From sequence record DRR723986_618: a stretch of 64,000 nucleotides of DNA; one strand, given 5' to 3'. Under the pieces are notes generated by a model. The model was given only the letters and a program-made list of their open reading frames with translations, ran no database searches and was not told where the DNA came from. Both the position numbers and the translations under genes were made by a program. Of the stretch, positions 29,868-39,713 are shown piece by piece (the first letter of the stretch is position 1; each line of letters starts with the position of its first letter).

Positions 29868-30644
29868 CTAGACCGCCCCTCTCTTGTGGCGGCACAACAA
29901 GTGAACATAACGCCCCAAGGCCCAAAACGGCTCCTGAGCACCGTACTGCCAGTCGATCTCAAGCATGTCGTCAACGCTGCGCTCGCGGCGTAATTGTCTG
30001 GACATTAGGTCATGGCTAATGCGAACCCCTCGGCGCGATACCACCTCAAGACCCACTGCGGAAAGCGCTGCCTCAACATCCTGCGGCCGGCGGGGCGATG
30101 GCGGTGTTAAACCTCCGGGGTGTCCGGCAAAATCCTCGTCACGCAGTTTGTATAAATTGCCCTTAATCATATTGCCCAATACCAATGCATTGAGGTTATA
30201 GAACATCAGCGACAGGTGGCCGCCCTCTTTTATACCCGCTGCGAGGTGGCGTAGCACTTGCTCCATATCGACCACCCACTCCAGCACGGCATGACAGATC
30301 ACCAACTGAAACTGCCCCTGAGCGGCCATACCTTGAATAGGCGCATGGGACAACGACAACTGCCCTGAGCGACAGTATGAAGATAGACGCTCCCCTGCCA
30401 GATCGAGCATCTCCTGTGAAATATCATTGAGCTCAAGCCGGTGACCCTGCTCGAGAAAGACCTCGGCCATTTGCCCTAATCCACCGCCGGCGTCCCAAAT
30501 GCTTACCGGCTCACCACCAAAAAGCGCTGGTAGCTTTTCCTCGAGCTCTCGGCGGCAAATTGCCAGGCGAAGTTGGCCTTTCGGATTGCCATAGATATTG
30601 CGCTGAAAGCGTTGGGCAATTCCGTCAAAGTTTCGGTCGGACAT
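29868..30644 (-). CDS. cmoM: tRNA cmo5U34 methyltransferase CmoM/SmtA-like
   Basis: MSDRNFD...F.RNIYG..KGQLR, DAGGGLGQ, CHAVLEWV and GRYVHL motifs; start reassigned. Confidence 0.85.
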   Translation of the reverse strand: MSDRNFDGIAQRFQRNIYGNPKGQLRLAICRRELEEKLPALFGGEPVSIWDAGGGLGQMAEVFLEQGHRLELNDISQEMLDLAGERLSSYCRSGQLSLSHAPIQGMAAQGQFQLVICHAVLEWVVDMEQVLRHLAAGIKEGGHLSLMFYNLNALVLGNMIKGNLYKLRDEDFAGHPGGLTPPSPRRPQDVEAALSAVGLEVVSRRGVRISHDLMSRQLRRERSVDDMLEIDWQYGAQEPFWALGRYVHLLCRHKRGAV

Positions 30645-30729
30645 TGGGCTAGCGTCAATGCAGAAAATGAGGCGGGCAGTGTAGAAGGTGATCGCCGCGA
30701 CGGCAATTAAGGAGTAAACGCCAGAAACC

Positions 30730-30813
30730 AAAAAGCCGGCGCAAGCGCCGGCTTTCTGAAAATTCGACTTCCACTGTCGCATCCAATCCGTTGAATGCCT
30801 CAGTCTTCCTGAC
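30730..30813 (-). ncRNA. Putative CsrA/RsmA-sequestering sRNA (RsmY/RsmX/CsrB-like)
   Basis: Three GGA-loop hairpins (GUC-AGGAA-GAC; GCAUUCAA-CGGA-UUGGAUGC; CGAC-AGUGGAA-GUCG), then a GC-rich terminator with U5; upstream TGnTCTAAT -10 and GacA-type box. Confidence 0.78.
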
Positions 30814-30869
30814 GACTGCTATTAGAGCAGGCTCGACGTTGGGCCGACAGGCGTTATCACCAGCCCGTG

Positions 30870-30889
30870 TTGTGAGATATATCTCACAA
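30870..30889. promoter_or_regulatory. GacA/UvrY-type upstream activating palindrome
   Basis: Perfect palindrome TTGTGAGATATATCTCACAA resembling TGTAAG-N6-CTTACA. Confidence 0.75.
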
Positions 30890-30892
30890 ACA

Positions 30893-31093
30893 CTAGGCGT
30901 CAATGTCGGGAATCATCTCGCTGTGCAGGCGTTCGATCGTGTCTTTAATGCGTAGTTTTTCTTTTTTTAGGCGCTGCAATAGCAACTGATTTTGCCAGGG
31001 GTTCGACGCCAACAACGAAATTTCTTCGTCTAAGGCGCGATGCCGGCGCTTGAGCAGCAATAGACGCGCACCTGCAGAAAGGCAATTATCCAT
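30893..31093 (-). CDS. YdcH/DUF465 family protein
   Basis: HRALDEEI...LQRLKKEKLRIKD.I...IPDIDA; start MDNCL. Confidence 0.85.
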   Translation of the reverse strand: MDNCLSAGARLLLLKRRHRALDEEISLLASNPWQNQLLLQRLKKEKLRIKDTIERLHSEMIPDIDA

Positions 31094-31307
31094 AGTACGG
31101 TCATTTTCCAGGGTTGGATAGAAGCCCTTATTGTTACCCCCCCGGCCATGCGAAAACAAGCGTCATCAGGGCAAGCCACTGATCTTTTTCGTCACTGGGC
31201 AATGATAACTTACGCCATTGTTGCCCCCCACGGCCTTGGCAATACTGTAGCGCGTATTCATCGAACGGCACGCCAGCGGGTGTTGCCCTGATTCAGAGGC
31301 TTAGGTA

Positions 31308-32435
31308 ATGCAAACCGAACTATGTAAAAAACTGGGTATCGAGTACCCAATCTTCGCATTCACTCACTGCCGTGACGTCGTGGTGGCCGTAAGTAAAGCT
31401 GGCGGTATCGGCGTACTCGGCGCGGTTGGCTTTTCGCCCGAAGAACTAAAAGAAGAACTTGATTGGATCGACGCCCACATTGGTGACCTGCCCTACGGCG
31501 TGGACATCGTTATTCCGCAAAAATATGAAGGCATGGGCGATATGAGCCCCGAAGAGCTGGAAAAGCAGCTCTGGGATATGGTGCCCGAGGAACACGTGGA
31601 GTTCGCACAGAAACTGTTGGCCGACCACGGCGTTCCCGAATGGCCAGACGGTAGCAAGGGTATGGGCCTGCTTGGCTGGACAGAAGCCACAGCCACTCCG
31701 CTGCTCAAAGAAGCCCTCACACGCCCCAAGTGTAAACTGATCGCGAACGCCCTCGGCACACCACCGGCTGACAAGGTCAAAATGATTCAAGACAGCGGCC
31801 GCTTGGTCGGCGCACTGTGCGGCAAAGTTAAGCAGGTAAAAGCTCACCGCGAAGCGGGTCTGGACTTTATCGTTGCCCAGGGCGGCGAAGGTGGCGGCCA
31901 CACTGGTGATGTTGGCTCTATCGTATTCTGGCCACAGGCCGTAAAAGCGGCGGGCGACATCCCCGTACTGGCCGCTGGCGGTATTGGTAGCGGCGAACAA
32001 ATGCTGGCGGCGATGGCGATGGGCTGCGCTGGTGCATGGAGCGGCTCACTGTGGCTGACCGTTGAAGAGGCGCATGCCGAACCTGCACAGAAAGAGTCGT
32101 TGCTAAAAGCAACCAGTGAAGACACTGTGCGCTCACGCTCCTGGACCGGAAAGCCCTGCCGAATGCTCAAGAATGACTGGACCGATGCGTGGTCGACCCC
32201 CGGCAACCCTGAGCCGCTGGGCATGCCGCTGCAAGGCTTGGTTACCGGCGACGGCATTCGTCGCACCGCCAAATATGCCGCAGTCGGCGAATGTCAAAAA
32301 GTTGCCTTCAACCCGGTAGGACAGGTCGTCGGACAAATCAACGAGGTCGAGTCCACCCGCAATGTGGTGTTCCGCCTGATCAATGAGTACGTCGACGCGC
32401 TGGATCGCATCAATAGCTTGATGCCAGACGCGTAA
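31308..32435 (+). CDS. Nitronate monooxygenase family flavoprotein
   Basis: AVSKAGGIGVLG, AQGGEGGGHTG and PVLAAGGIG motifs. Confidence 0.9.
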   Translation: MQTELCKKLGIEYPIFAFTHCRDVVVAVSKAGGIGVLGAVGFSPEELKEELDWIDAHIGDLPYGVDIVIPQKYEGMGDMSPEELEKQLWDMVPEEHVEFAQKLLADHGVPEWPDGSKGMGLLGWTEATATPLLKEALTRPKCKLIANALGTPPADKVKMIQDSGRLVGALCGKVKQVKAHREAGLDFIVAQGGEGGGHTGDVGSIVFWPQAVKAAGDIPVLAAGGIGSGEQMLAAMAMGCAGAWSGSLWLTVEEAHAEPAQKESLLKATSEDTVRSRSWTGKPCRMLKNDWTDAWSTPGNPEPLGMPLQGLVTGDGIRRTAKYAAVGECQKVAFNPVGQVVGQINEVESTRNVVFRLINEYVDALDRINSLMPDA

Positions 32436-32446
32436 AAGCCCCGAAC

Positions 32447-32472
32447 AACGGCGCCTTCAAGGCGCCGTTTTT
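32447..32472 (+). terminator. Intrinsic terminator
   Basis: AACGGCGCCTT-C-AAGGCGCCGTTTTT. Confidence 0.8.
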
Positions 32473-33097
32473 ACTCCCGGTTTACGCCCTGCTCTGCCAA
32501 CACCCTTTCCACCGTGTCGACAATAACCTGGGTCTGACGGTCCACCTCGATATTCACTTCGCTGCCCACCACCAGTGCACTTAAATTAGTACTGCGAAGC
32601 GTTTCCGGAATCAAACAGACGGAAAAAATACCGCGCTCTTTATCCATGCTCGCCACGGTCAGGCTGCAACCGTGCAAGCCAATAAAGCCCTTGTGGAAAA
32701 CATATTTACACAAGGCCTCGGGCAACTGGAAAAACAAACTCACATTGTTTTCAGAACGCTGCACCTCACAGACTTTGGCCCGTCCATCAATATGGCCGGA
32801 AATCAGATGACCGCCGATTTCCGCCCCCTGCTTAGCGGAACGCTCAACATTGACGCTGTCACCCATTTTTAGCTGCCCCAGCGTGGTGAGCGACAGCGTT
32901 TCCTGCATCGCGTCAAAGTGCACTGTCGGCCCATCGATGCGAGTGACCGTCATACATACGCCATCTAGCGCAACACTGGCACCAATGCTCAGATCATCTT
33001 GCAGAGACTCGGGCAGATCCACGGCCAGGCGTCGCAAACCCGGCTCATCGATCAAACCACACAGGGGGAAGGCGCCCTGAACAATGCCTGTATACAT
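32471..33097 (-). CDS. Second riboflavin synthase (E. coli RibC-like)
   Basis: MYTGIVQG, GVCMTV, EIGGHLISGHID and NIEVDRQTQVIVDTVERVL motifs. Confidence 0.9.
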   Translation of the reverse strand: MYTGIVQGAFPLCGLIDEPGLRRLAVDLPESLQDDLSIGASVALDGVCMTVTRIDGPTVHFDAMQETLSLTTLGQLKMGDSVNVERSAKQGAEIGGHLISGHIDGRAKVCEVQRSENNVSLFFQLPEALCKYVFHKGFIGLHGCSLTVASMDKERGIFSVCLIPETLRSTNLSALVVGSEVNIEVDRQTQVIVDTVERVLAEQGVNRE

Positions 33098-33193
33098 CCA
33101 TCAACTCCTGGCTAGTGATTGCAGCAATACTACGAATATCGCATTATGCGTGGCCAACAATTATCCGCAAAGTAATAACAACAAGAGGTGCCT

Positions 33194-33466
33194 ATGGGAC
33201 TCCGCATAATGAACATTGCCACACTGGTATTTTGGCTGGCTTTCGTGATCAATTTTTTCCAACCCTTCGCTGGCGACAGCAGCCACTGGATCAACTGGGT
33301 CGGCTACGGCCTTTTAGCCGCTCACTTCTGTGAATGCCTCATCTTCCGCAAAGAGTTGCACCGCGATTACGCGAACAACCTGGCACTGGGTTACATCACC
33401 GTGCTGCTACTCGGCCTTGGCCGAACGTCGGCGTGGCTGAATGAGCGTAAATCTACCGCAGTCTAA
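33194..33466 (+). CDS. Small membrane protein (DUF1145-like)
   Basis: GAGG SD, three hydrophobic segments, AH..EC motif. Confidence 0.6.
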   Translation: MGLRIMNIATLVFWLAFVINFFQPFAGDSSHWINWVGYGLLAAHFCECLIFRKELHRDYANNLALGYITVLLLGLGRTSAWLNERKSTAV

Positions 33467-33541
33467 GTCATCAGCCATAGCCCACAACCCGCGGAACTGC
33501 TAGCATTATCCACTTCGAACAATGTGCAATAGGGCGAGTCA

Positions 33542-34336
33542 ATGAAGCGGGTTATCTTTAACCAAAAAGGTGGCGTGGGCAAAACAAGTATCAGCTGCAA
33601 CCTGGCAGCTATCAGTGCCTGGAAAGGCTTTAAAACCCTGCTGATCGACTTGGACATCCAAGGTAACAGCAGCGAGTACCTCGTCGGTGAACAGTTTCGC
33701 GACCTCGACGACAATGCCGCCAGCTTTTTTAAGCAAAAGCTGGCTCTTTTTGGCAAGAGCAAAGACGCAGGTGACTGCGTATACGAAACCGAATTCGACA
33801 ATCTCTACTTGATGCCGTCAAGCCCCGAGTTAGCCGTGATCGAGCGCGAACTCGAGAGCCGACACAAAATCTACAAACTCCGCGATGCCCTGCGCGAGCT
33901 GGAAAAAGAATATGAGCATATCTATATCGATACGCCACCCGCATTGAATTTTTACAGCCGCTCAGCCCTGATTGCCGCCGACAGCCTGGTCATCCCCTTC
34001 GACTGCGATAGCTTTTCGCAGGGCGCACTGATGGGCTTACTGGAAACCGTGGAGGAGATTCGCGAAGACCACAACCCCGGGCTGCATTTAGAAGGCATTG
34101 TGGTCAATCAGTTTCAGGCCCAGGCGAGCTTGCCCGCCCAGTTGGTAGACAGTCTGCGCGCTAACGAGCTGCCCGTTTTCGAACAATATCTGAGCAGCTC
34201 TGTAAAAATGAAGGAATCGCGCAACCGACAATTGCCGCTTGTGCACCTTGCCCCTTCCCACAAACTCACGCAGCAGTTGATTGCACTGCACGACAGCTTG
34301 AGCGACAGCGGCAGCAAGGCGGCACGCCGAGCATAG
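33542..34336 (+). CDS. ParA family ATPase (no parB nearby)
   Basis: NQKGGVGKT deviant Walker A, DLDIQGN and DTPP motifs. Confidence 0.92.
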   Translation: MKRVIFNQKGGVGKTSISCNLAAISAWKGFKTLLIDLDIQGNSSEYLVGEQFRDLDDNAASFFKQKLALFGKSKDAGDCVYETEFDNLYLMPSSPELAVIERELESRHKIYKLRDALRELEKEYEHIYIDTPPALNFYSRSALIAADSLVIPFDCDSFSQGALMGLLETVEEIREDHNPGLHLEGIVVNQFQAQASLPAQLVDSLRANELPVFEQYLSSSVKMKESRNRQLPLVHLAPSHKLTQQLIALHDSLSDSGSKAARRA

Positions 34337-34344
34337 TACTGCGA

Positions 34345-34806
34345 CTAGGGCGTTGCTCGGCCATTGATGCCGACAACGCCCTTCTTGACGACCGTCATAT
34401 CCCCCAGGCCAAAGTTGCCCACATCTGCACTCAACTTGAGCTCGTAATCCAGGTCGGCACCGACGTTACTCAGCAAATTGCGCAGTAGGCCAATACCACT
34501 GAGCAGGTTAATGCCCACTGGCACCTCAATATTGCTCTGGCCATTCGCCGGCACCCGCACTTCTTCATTAAAGCTGCCCGATGCCAGCTTGCTGCCAGCC
34601 AGGTGCATTTCATAACGCAGCCGTCCCAAATTCAGCTCAAAGCCATTTGGATTATCCAGCTGCAAGCCCACCAGCAATTGCTGCTGAAGGCCGTTGGACG
34701 CACCAACATTAATGCGGGTTATCGCCACTTCTGGCTTGGTTATGGGGCTAAAACTTGCACAGGCACTCAACAGCAGCGCAATGGCAGCAACAAAGAATTT
34801 ATTCAC
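34345..34806 (-). CDS. LEA type 2 (WHy domain) lipoprotein
   Basis: Lipobox LSAC; NPN motif; VPANG. Confidence 0.85.
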   Translation of the reverse strand: MNKFFVAAIALLLSACASFSPITKPEVAITRINVGASNGLQQQLLVGLQLDNPNGFELNLGRLRYEMHLAGSKLASGSFNEEVRVPANGQSNIEVPVGINLLSGIGLLRNLLSNVGADLDYELKLSADVGNFGLGDMTVVKKGVVGINGRATP

Positions 34807-34866
34807 GGAATTTGCCTTGAAAAGAGAAGGGACGCCGAGCGGCGCCCCAAGCAGAAGAGTAGTGAC

Positions 34867-35538
34867 TTATTGCTGCATGGGCAGCAGTTCAATCTCTACA
34901 CGGCGGTTTTGAGCACGCCCGGAGGCTGTACTGTTGTCCGCAATTGGGTCGCGAGGACCATAACCTGTTGCGCGAATGCGGCTCGACGCAACACCTTGGT
35001 TCATAAAGTAACGCGCGACGCTGCCTGCACGCTGTTCTGACAGTGTCTGGTTAGTCTGAAAACTACCGGTCGAATCTGTGTAACCATTCACTTGCATCAG
35101 CGTTTTATCAAACTCTTTAGCTACTAGCGCGACGCTGTCCAATACGCTGGTGAAGCCACTCATGATGACGGAACTACCGGTATCAAAGGTGATATTGCCC
35201 GGCATAATCAATTTGATGGTATCGCCCACACGCTGCACGCCAACGCCAGTGCCTTCCAGGCGGGCACGAAGTTTGGCTTCCTGGCGGTCCATGTAATAAC
35301 CGTAGCCACCACCCGCAGCAGCGCCGGCTGCAGCGCCGATCAACGCACCTTTTTTACGGTCTTTCTTACTGGATACTGCCGCACCCAGTACCGCACCCCC
35401 TAGTGCACCCCAGCCGGCACCCTTAGCGGTATTACTGGCCTTTTCTTCCCCTGTGTACGGGTCGATGCTACACGCAGTGACAAATAGCGCGACGGTGATA
35501 CATGCAACGAGGCGCATGGACTTCTGAATACGGATCAT
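34867..35538 (-). CDS. OmpA-family lipoprotein (YiaD-like, glycine zipper)
   Basis: Lipobox VTAC, glycine zipper, GYYMDRQE, GYTDSTG and NRRVEI. Confidence 0.92.
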   Translation of the reverse strand: MIRIQKSMRLVACITVALFVTACSIDPYTGEEKASNTAKGAGWGALGGAVLGAAVSSKKDRKKGALIGAAAGAAAGGGYGYYMDRQEAKLRARLEGTGVGVQRVGDTIKLIMPGNITFDTGSSVIMSGFTSVLDSVALVAKEFDKTLMQVNGYTDSTGSFQTNQTLSEQRAGSVARYFMNQGVASSRIRATGYGPRDPIADNSTASGRAQNRRVEIELLPMQQ

Positions 35539-35674
35539 ATTTCCCCCTAACACTTTGATATGTCTGTTTTTGCTACAGACTCTGACTCGATAATGGCACA
35601 AGCTTTCCAATAAAAAAGGGCCACTATTCACATCCAGTATTATTACTGTGGCTTATGACAATTAAATAGTAGTC

Positions 35675-38407
35675 CTAGTTCAGCGGTGCGCGCCACTTTC
35701 CATCTCGATTGGCATCAAAGTAAATGGGGTTACTCAGTGCCAGCGGATGCAAACCGGGGTAAAGCTGGCGGTAACGGTCGCCCGCAGGCCCGCTTACCTC
35801 AACCACTACCCAGGCATCCTCCTCGACCACCAGCTCGATTACTTTGTGGTCGTTAGCCCGGCATGGCAGCTGACGATATATGCGACCGTTTACCCAGATT
35901 GTCATCTGCTCCAGCTCGACCCAGGGCGCCGAGCGCAGCTGCACATGCAGCTCTGCCCTACGCCCCGCGAAGGTATCGCCAATACCCGCTTGTTGGTCAC
36001 CCTCTCGCAGAGTGAGCGCCATGAACGGGCCGGTCGTCATAAAGCTGCGCCCCTCTGACAGCGCCTCCACCAGCGCTGCCTCGCTGATGGGCAAGCCGCC
36101 GGACTCCGGCAGATAAATATAATTTCTTGGGATCGCAGCGTGCTGACGACGACCATGGGAGTCGCTATTTCCCGTCGCACCGCGTCGGGCGCCCTGGTTC
36201 AGCAGCGAGAACCAGTCGTCACGCACTGCCTCATACACCGCAAACTCACTGCCGTTGAGCACTTCCAACAAGTCAAAATCAATATCGCGGGCACCGCTGG
36301 CCGGGTCCACCTTCAGCAGGCTGTTATTGTTCTCACTATTCAAGGGCAGCGCAGGGTCATACTCTTTCCCGACAGAAAGGTGCTCGAAAAACGCCAAGTC
36401 AGTGTCTAGCGGAGCGACAGCCCGTGGATGGTTTAGCTGAAACAGCGCGCCCGGATCGCGACGCTTAACATCGGCAATCAATTCGCGCAGCGCCCTACCT
36501 TCAATTTTAGGAATACCGCCAGCGTATTGCTCCGGCCGCGCCTGCAGGGGAAATGCATTACTGTGGCCGATTGTGAACGGCGCCTCGGCGGTGTGCGCCA
36601 TACCCGTGAACTCACTGCCTACTACAAGCTGCAGCACCCCGTTCAAGCCCATCGCCGCCACCGCATTGCGACCATCGACAATGCGATTGTGCTCTGAAGC
36701 GACCAGAAGTTCGGCGCCCTGCGCGGCAAAGCTGCGCAGACGCTCTTGCAGGGGCAGTACGGAATCAAAGCTGGCGCCACTGTGAACGTGTAAATCAGCG
36801 CTTCGCCAGTCTTCGCTATACCACGCCCGCTGGGGCGGCCGAATAGGCAATTCACTGCGCTGCCCGGCGACAACGGTCAGCAGGTATTCTTCGATGTCAT
36901 ATTCAATTCCGCGCCCCACCAGCACGCGGTAGTGGCCCTCGGGCAGAGAAATATGCTCGGGGTCAGAGGAAACGCCGGCAAGGTCAATGCGATTCCCCTG
37001 GTCTTCATTGCGCAGGGCAATCCCCCCTTCAGAAAACGCCAGTAAGTCGTCGCCAAACTCGGGATCGGCCGTGCCATCCACGCCGAAAAAATACAAACTC
37101 ATGGCAACATTGCGAGGCAAACTGAGTTCACCATTTTGGGTAAACACCCAACGCCCCGAGTCATTGCGGCTATCCACCACCGAAAGCTCTCTCGCTTTGC
37201 GCTGCCCCCAGGGGGTCACTGCGCTAACCCTGACGCGCTGGGCACGATCGGGCAGGCGCACGCGAAAACTACCATCGGCATTAGGGCGCACCTGCGTTAC
37301 GGCTCTTTCATGCCGGTCCCACACCGAAAAGGACACCGCTTGGTGGCTGCTATAGCCGCGCAGCTCGGGACCCCGATAGATCTGGTCGGTGACCGATGCC
37401 ACGTCGCTGCGCTTGCCTACCACCACATTAAAGTTGGCGAGCAAGCGCTCCTTTTTGTCGATATCCATAAATCGGTTCTGCAACATCGACAACCAATTCA
37501 GGCGCTCACTTTGCATCCACAACGGGCGCGTCATCCAGCCGTGCATGCTGTAATCGGGAAACACCGCCAGGAACGTAGGCAGCGAGCGTCGCGTGCCACT
37601 GGCAGTAATCAGCTCAGCAGACTCAAGCTGGACGCCATAACTGACCCCGGCCTCATAGGCGTCACTGCCAACCAGAATATTCCAGTCTGCGGGCATGAGA
37701 CCATTGATCAACGAAGCGGTGTCGTGGCGATCTATCTGCTTTTGTGCAAAGCCCAGTGTCGCCTCTGGCGCATAGCTCGAATAGCTAAAGGGCGACAGTG
37801 CCCGCTGCGAGTAGAGGGTAAACAAACCGCTCAAACGCAGTGCCGGTCCCTCGGCGTAGCGGCTTATCTCTACCTGCACGTTCAGCGTTTGACTGTCTTC
37901 CTCAAGACGGTAGCGAACAATCTGACGCAAGCCATCGCGCTGGCCTAGGGTAACGATTTCGGCACCGCCATCACGAATTTCGGCGTGAATGCGCTGCACG
38001 GGAATCGCGGTGTCTTTGCTCAAACCCGTCAGGAAATTGGCGTAGCTCCACTGGTCATCGTCCCGGTCACAGTAGCCAAGATCGACCAAGCTGCCACCAC
38101 CGCTAACGATGCCCGCATCGTGTTCTACATCACTTATCGCCGCGCAAAGTACACCGTTACTCAGCCACCAATCACCCACGCCGGCAATCGCATCGGGCCC
38201 ACCGCGGGGATAGCTATCCATCTTAGCCAGCTGCATTTGCTCGGCCCGCAACAGTGACGATACCGCCTCCGGCTCGGCATCCACATCAGGTAAAAATTCC
38301 AGCGGCGGACGAACTAACGATTGCGCCAACACCGCAGAGGTTAGCCCGCAGAAACATACGGCGAGCAAGGCTCGCGCGCGGCAAAAAAAGCGAGGGGGAC
38401 GAGTCAT
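35675..38407 (-). CDS. Exported PHP-domain metallohydrolase (CehA/McbA-like)
   Basis: Signal peptide; DLHVHS, SEHN, GHSNAFP, NHPR, GNSDSH and SNPIY motifs. Confidence 0.8.
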   Translation of the reverse strand: MTRPPRFFCRARALLAVCFCGLTSAVLAQSLVRPPLEFLPDVDAEPEAVSSLLRAEQMQLAKMDSYPRGGPDAIAGVGDWWLSNGVLCAAISDVEHDAGIVSGGGSLVDLGYCDRDDDQWSYANFLTGLSKDTAIPVQRIHAEIRDGGAEIVTLGQRDGLRQIVRYRLEEDSQTLNVQVEISRYAEGPALRLSGLFTLYSQRALSPFSYSSYAPEATLGFAQKQIDRHDTASLINGLMPADWNILVGSDAYEAGVSYGVQLESAELITASGTRRSLPTFLAVFPDYSMHGWMTRPLWMQSERLNWLSMLQNRFMDIDKKERLLANFNVVVGKRSDVASVTDQIYRGPELRGYSSHQAVSFSVWDRHERAVTQVRPNADGSFRVRLPDRAQRVRVSAVTPWGQRKARELSVVDSRNDSGRWVFTQNGELSLPRNVAMSLYFFGVDGTADPEFGDDLLAFSEGGIALRNEDQGNRIDLAGVSSDPEHISLPEGHYRVLVGRGIEYDIEEYLLTVVAGQRSELPIRPPQRAWYSEDWRSADLHVHSGASFDSVLPLQERLRSFAAQGAELLVASEHNRIVDGRNAVAAMGLNGVLQLVVGSEFTGMAHTAEAPFTIGHSNAFPLQARPEQYAGGIPKIEGRALRELIADVKRRDPGALFQLNHPRAVAPLDTDLAFFEHLSVGKEYDPALPLNSENNNSLLKVDPASGARDIDFDLLEVLNGSEFAVYEAVRDDWFSLLNQGARRGATGNSDSHGRRQHAAIPRNYIYLPESGGLPISEAALVEALSEGRSFMTTGPFMALTLREGDQQAGIGDTFAGRRAELHVQLRSAPWVELEQMTIWVNGRIYRQLPCRANDHKVIELVVEEDAWVVVEVSGPAGDRYRQLYPGLHPLALSNPIYFDANRDGKWRAPLN

Positions 38408-38443
38408 TAAATATCCTTTTTCATGAAAGGCCCCAAAAATGAG

Positions 38444-39577
38444 TTATGGCAGCTGTACGCTGACATCTGTTTGCTCGGCCGGCAGTTGCTCACCAAGAAA
38501 ACGCTTAGCAGCCACACGCTGCTGCTGGCCTAAAGCGAAATGTGACTCTAAGAATGCATAAATCGCTAGGGTATTTAGCCAGTGCTGACGAATCGGGTTC
38601 ATCGCCGTCGGCAGCGGCATCTGCGTACACAGCTTGGGCTGCTCAGCAAAAATTAAGCCCTCTTCCAGGCTGCCTAATTCGTGGCTCCAATCATCGTCTT
38701 CGGTTTTTTCTAAGCCTTGATTGACTTGTCGGCAGCCTAAGCTGTCCGGGTTGTCCATCCATCGCAGGGCACGAGCCAAGCTGGCAAAGCCAGTGTGCGA
38801 AGCGCCATCAATGGTAACCAGTGTCGCACCGGGCACCCTCTGAGGAATATCGGCGGCATTATCCTGATAGCTGATCATCGGGTCTATGGGCGAGGCTACC
38901 ATCATAAAAGGCAGTGGTCGGCTCTGGAAAAAAGCAGGGCCAAACATGTAGCTGGGGCCAGCAATCGATACCGCCGCACTGACACGGGGGTCGTGCAAAC
39001 GCGGATGAAAGGCGACCATTGTCGATGTCATGCCGCCCAGCGACAATCCAATAGCGGCAATACGCGAGTCGTCAATATGCTGGTAAAACTGGTTGCCCTG
39101 CTCGGCATTCCAGCTTAGGAATTGGTCAATCAGGAAGCTGATATCACCAGGCTGATTCACCACGTCTTTTACCAATGGGCCGCCAGGGGCATTAAAATTG
39201 GTAAGCGGGTAGTCCATTGCCGCCACAATATAACCGTGGCTGGCCAAATGCTCGGCCAAATAACGGCCGCCGGCTCGGTCCGACATAAAGCCGTGGCTAT
39301 ATATCACCAGCGGTGCGCGACCATGCAGCACCTCTGGCAGCCATATACGCGTTTTCAGCTCGCGCTCATCGCTACCGGAAAAATCGCCGTTCGCCTGCAT
39401 AGGCCGCGTGTCGTCTACAAGCGTGACATCAAAAAATGTCACTTCTTGGGGGCCGGCTTGCAACCACTGCGCCGACGCCGAATCAGCCGCCAGAGGTTCA
39501 GGCTTTTTAGTAAAGACAAATACGGCGGCAGCCGCCCCGACGAGCACCAAGAGTGCCAAAAGAATTTTCTTTAACAT
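38444..39577 (-). CDS. Membrane-anchored alpha/beta hydrolase (dienelactone hydrolase/PAF-AH-like)
   Basis: N-terminal anchor; YSHG; GLSLGG nucleophile elbow; H in GASHTGF. Confidence 0.85.
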   Translation of the reverse strand: MLKKILLALLVLVGAAAAVFVFTKKPEPLAADSASAQWLQAGPQEVTFFDVTLVDDTRPMQANGDFSGSDERELKTRIWLPEVLHGRAPLVIYSHGFMSDRAGGRYLAEHLASHGYIVAAMDYPLTNFNAPGGPLVKDVVNQPGDISFLIDQFLSWNAEQGNQFYQHIDDSRIAAIGLSLGGMTSTMVAFHPRLHDPRVSAAVSIAGPSYMFGPAFFQSRPLPFMMVASPIDPMISYQDNAADIPQRVPGATLVTIDGASHTGFASLARALRWMDNPDSLGCRQVNQGLEKTEDDDWSHELGSLEEGLIFAEQPKLCTQMPLPTAMNPIRQHWLNTLAIYAFLESHFALGQQQRVAAKRFLGEQLPAEQTDVSVQLP

Positions 39578-39654
39578 ATGCGGCTATCTTACGAGAAACA
39601 GAAAGCCGTAACTTAACAAGAGCCGCGCCGCGACTCCACATTCGCCATCAATAT

Positions 39655-39693
39655 CGGGATAAAAAAGCAGCCAGAGGCAACTTTTTTATCCCG
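39655..39693. terminator. Inverted repeat downstream of fpr (probable terminator)
   Basis: CGGGATAAAAAAG...CTTTTTTATCCCG, 13-bp perfect arms. Confidence 0.55.
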
Positions 39694-39713
39694 CGACCGC
39701 GCCTCTCCCAGCC

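Noticed and set aside
30645-30782. N-terminal extension of the cmoM ORF
   Set aside because: It overlaps the sRNA and its terminator; family-like sequence begins at MSDRNFD.
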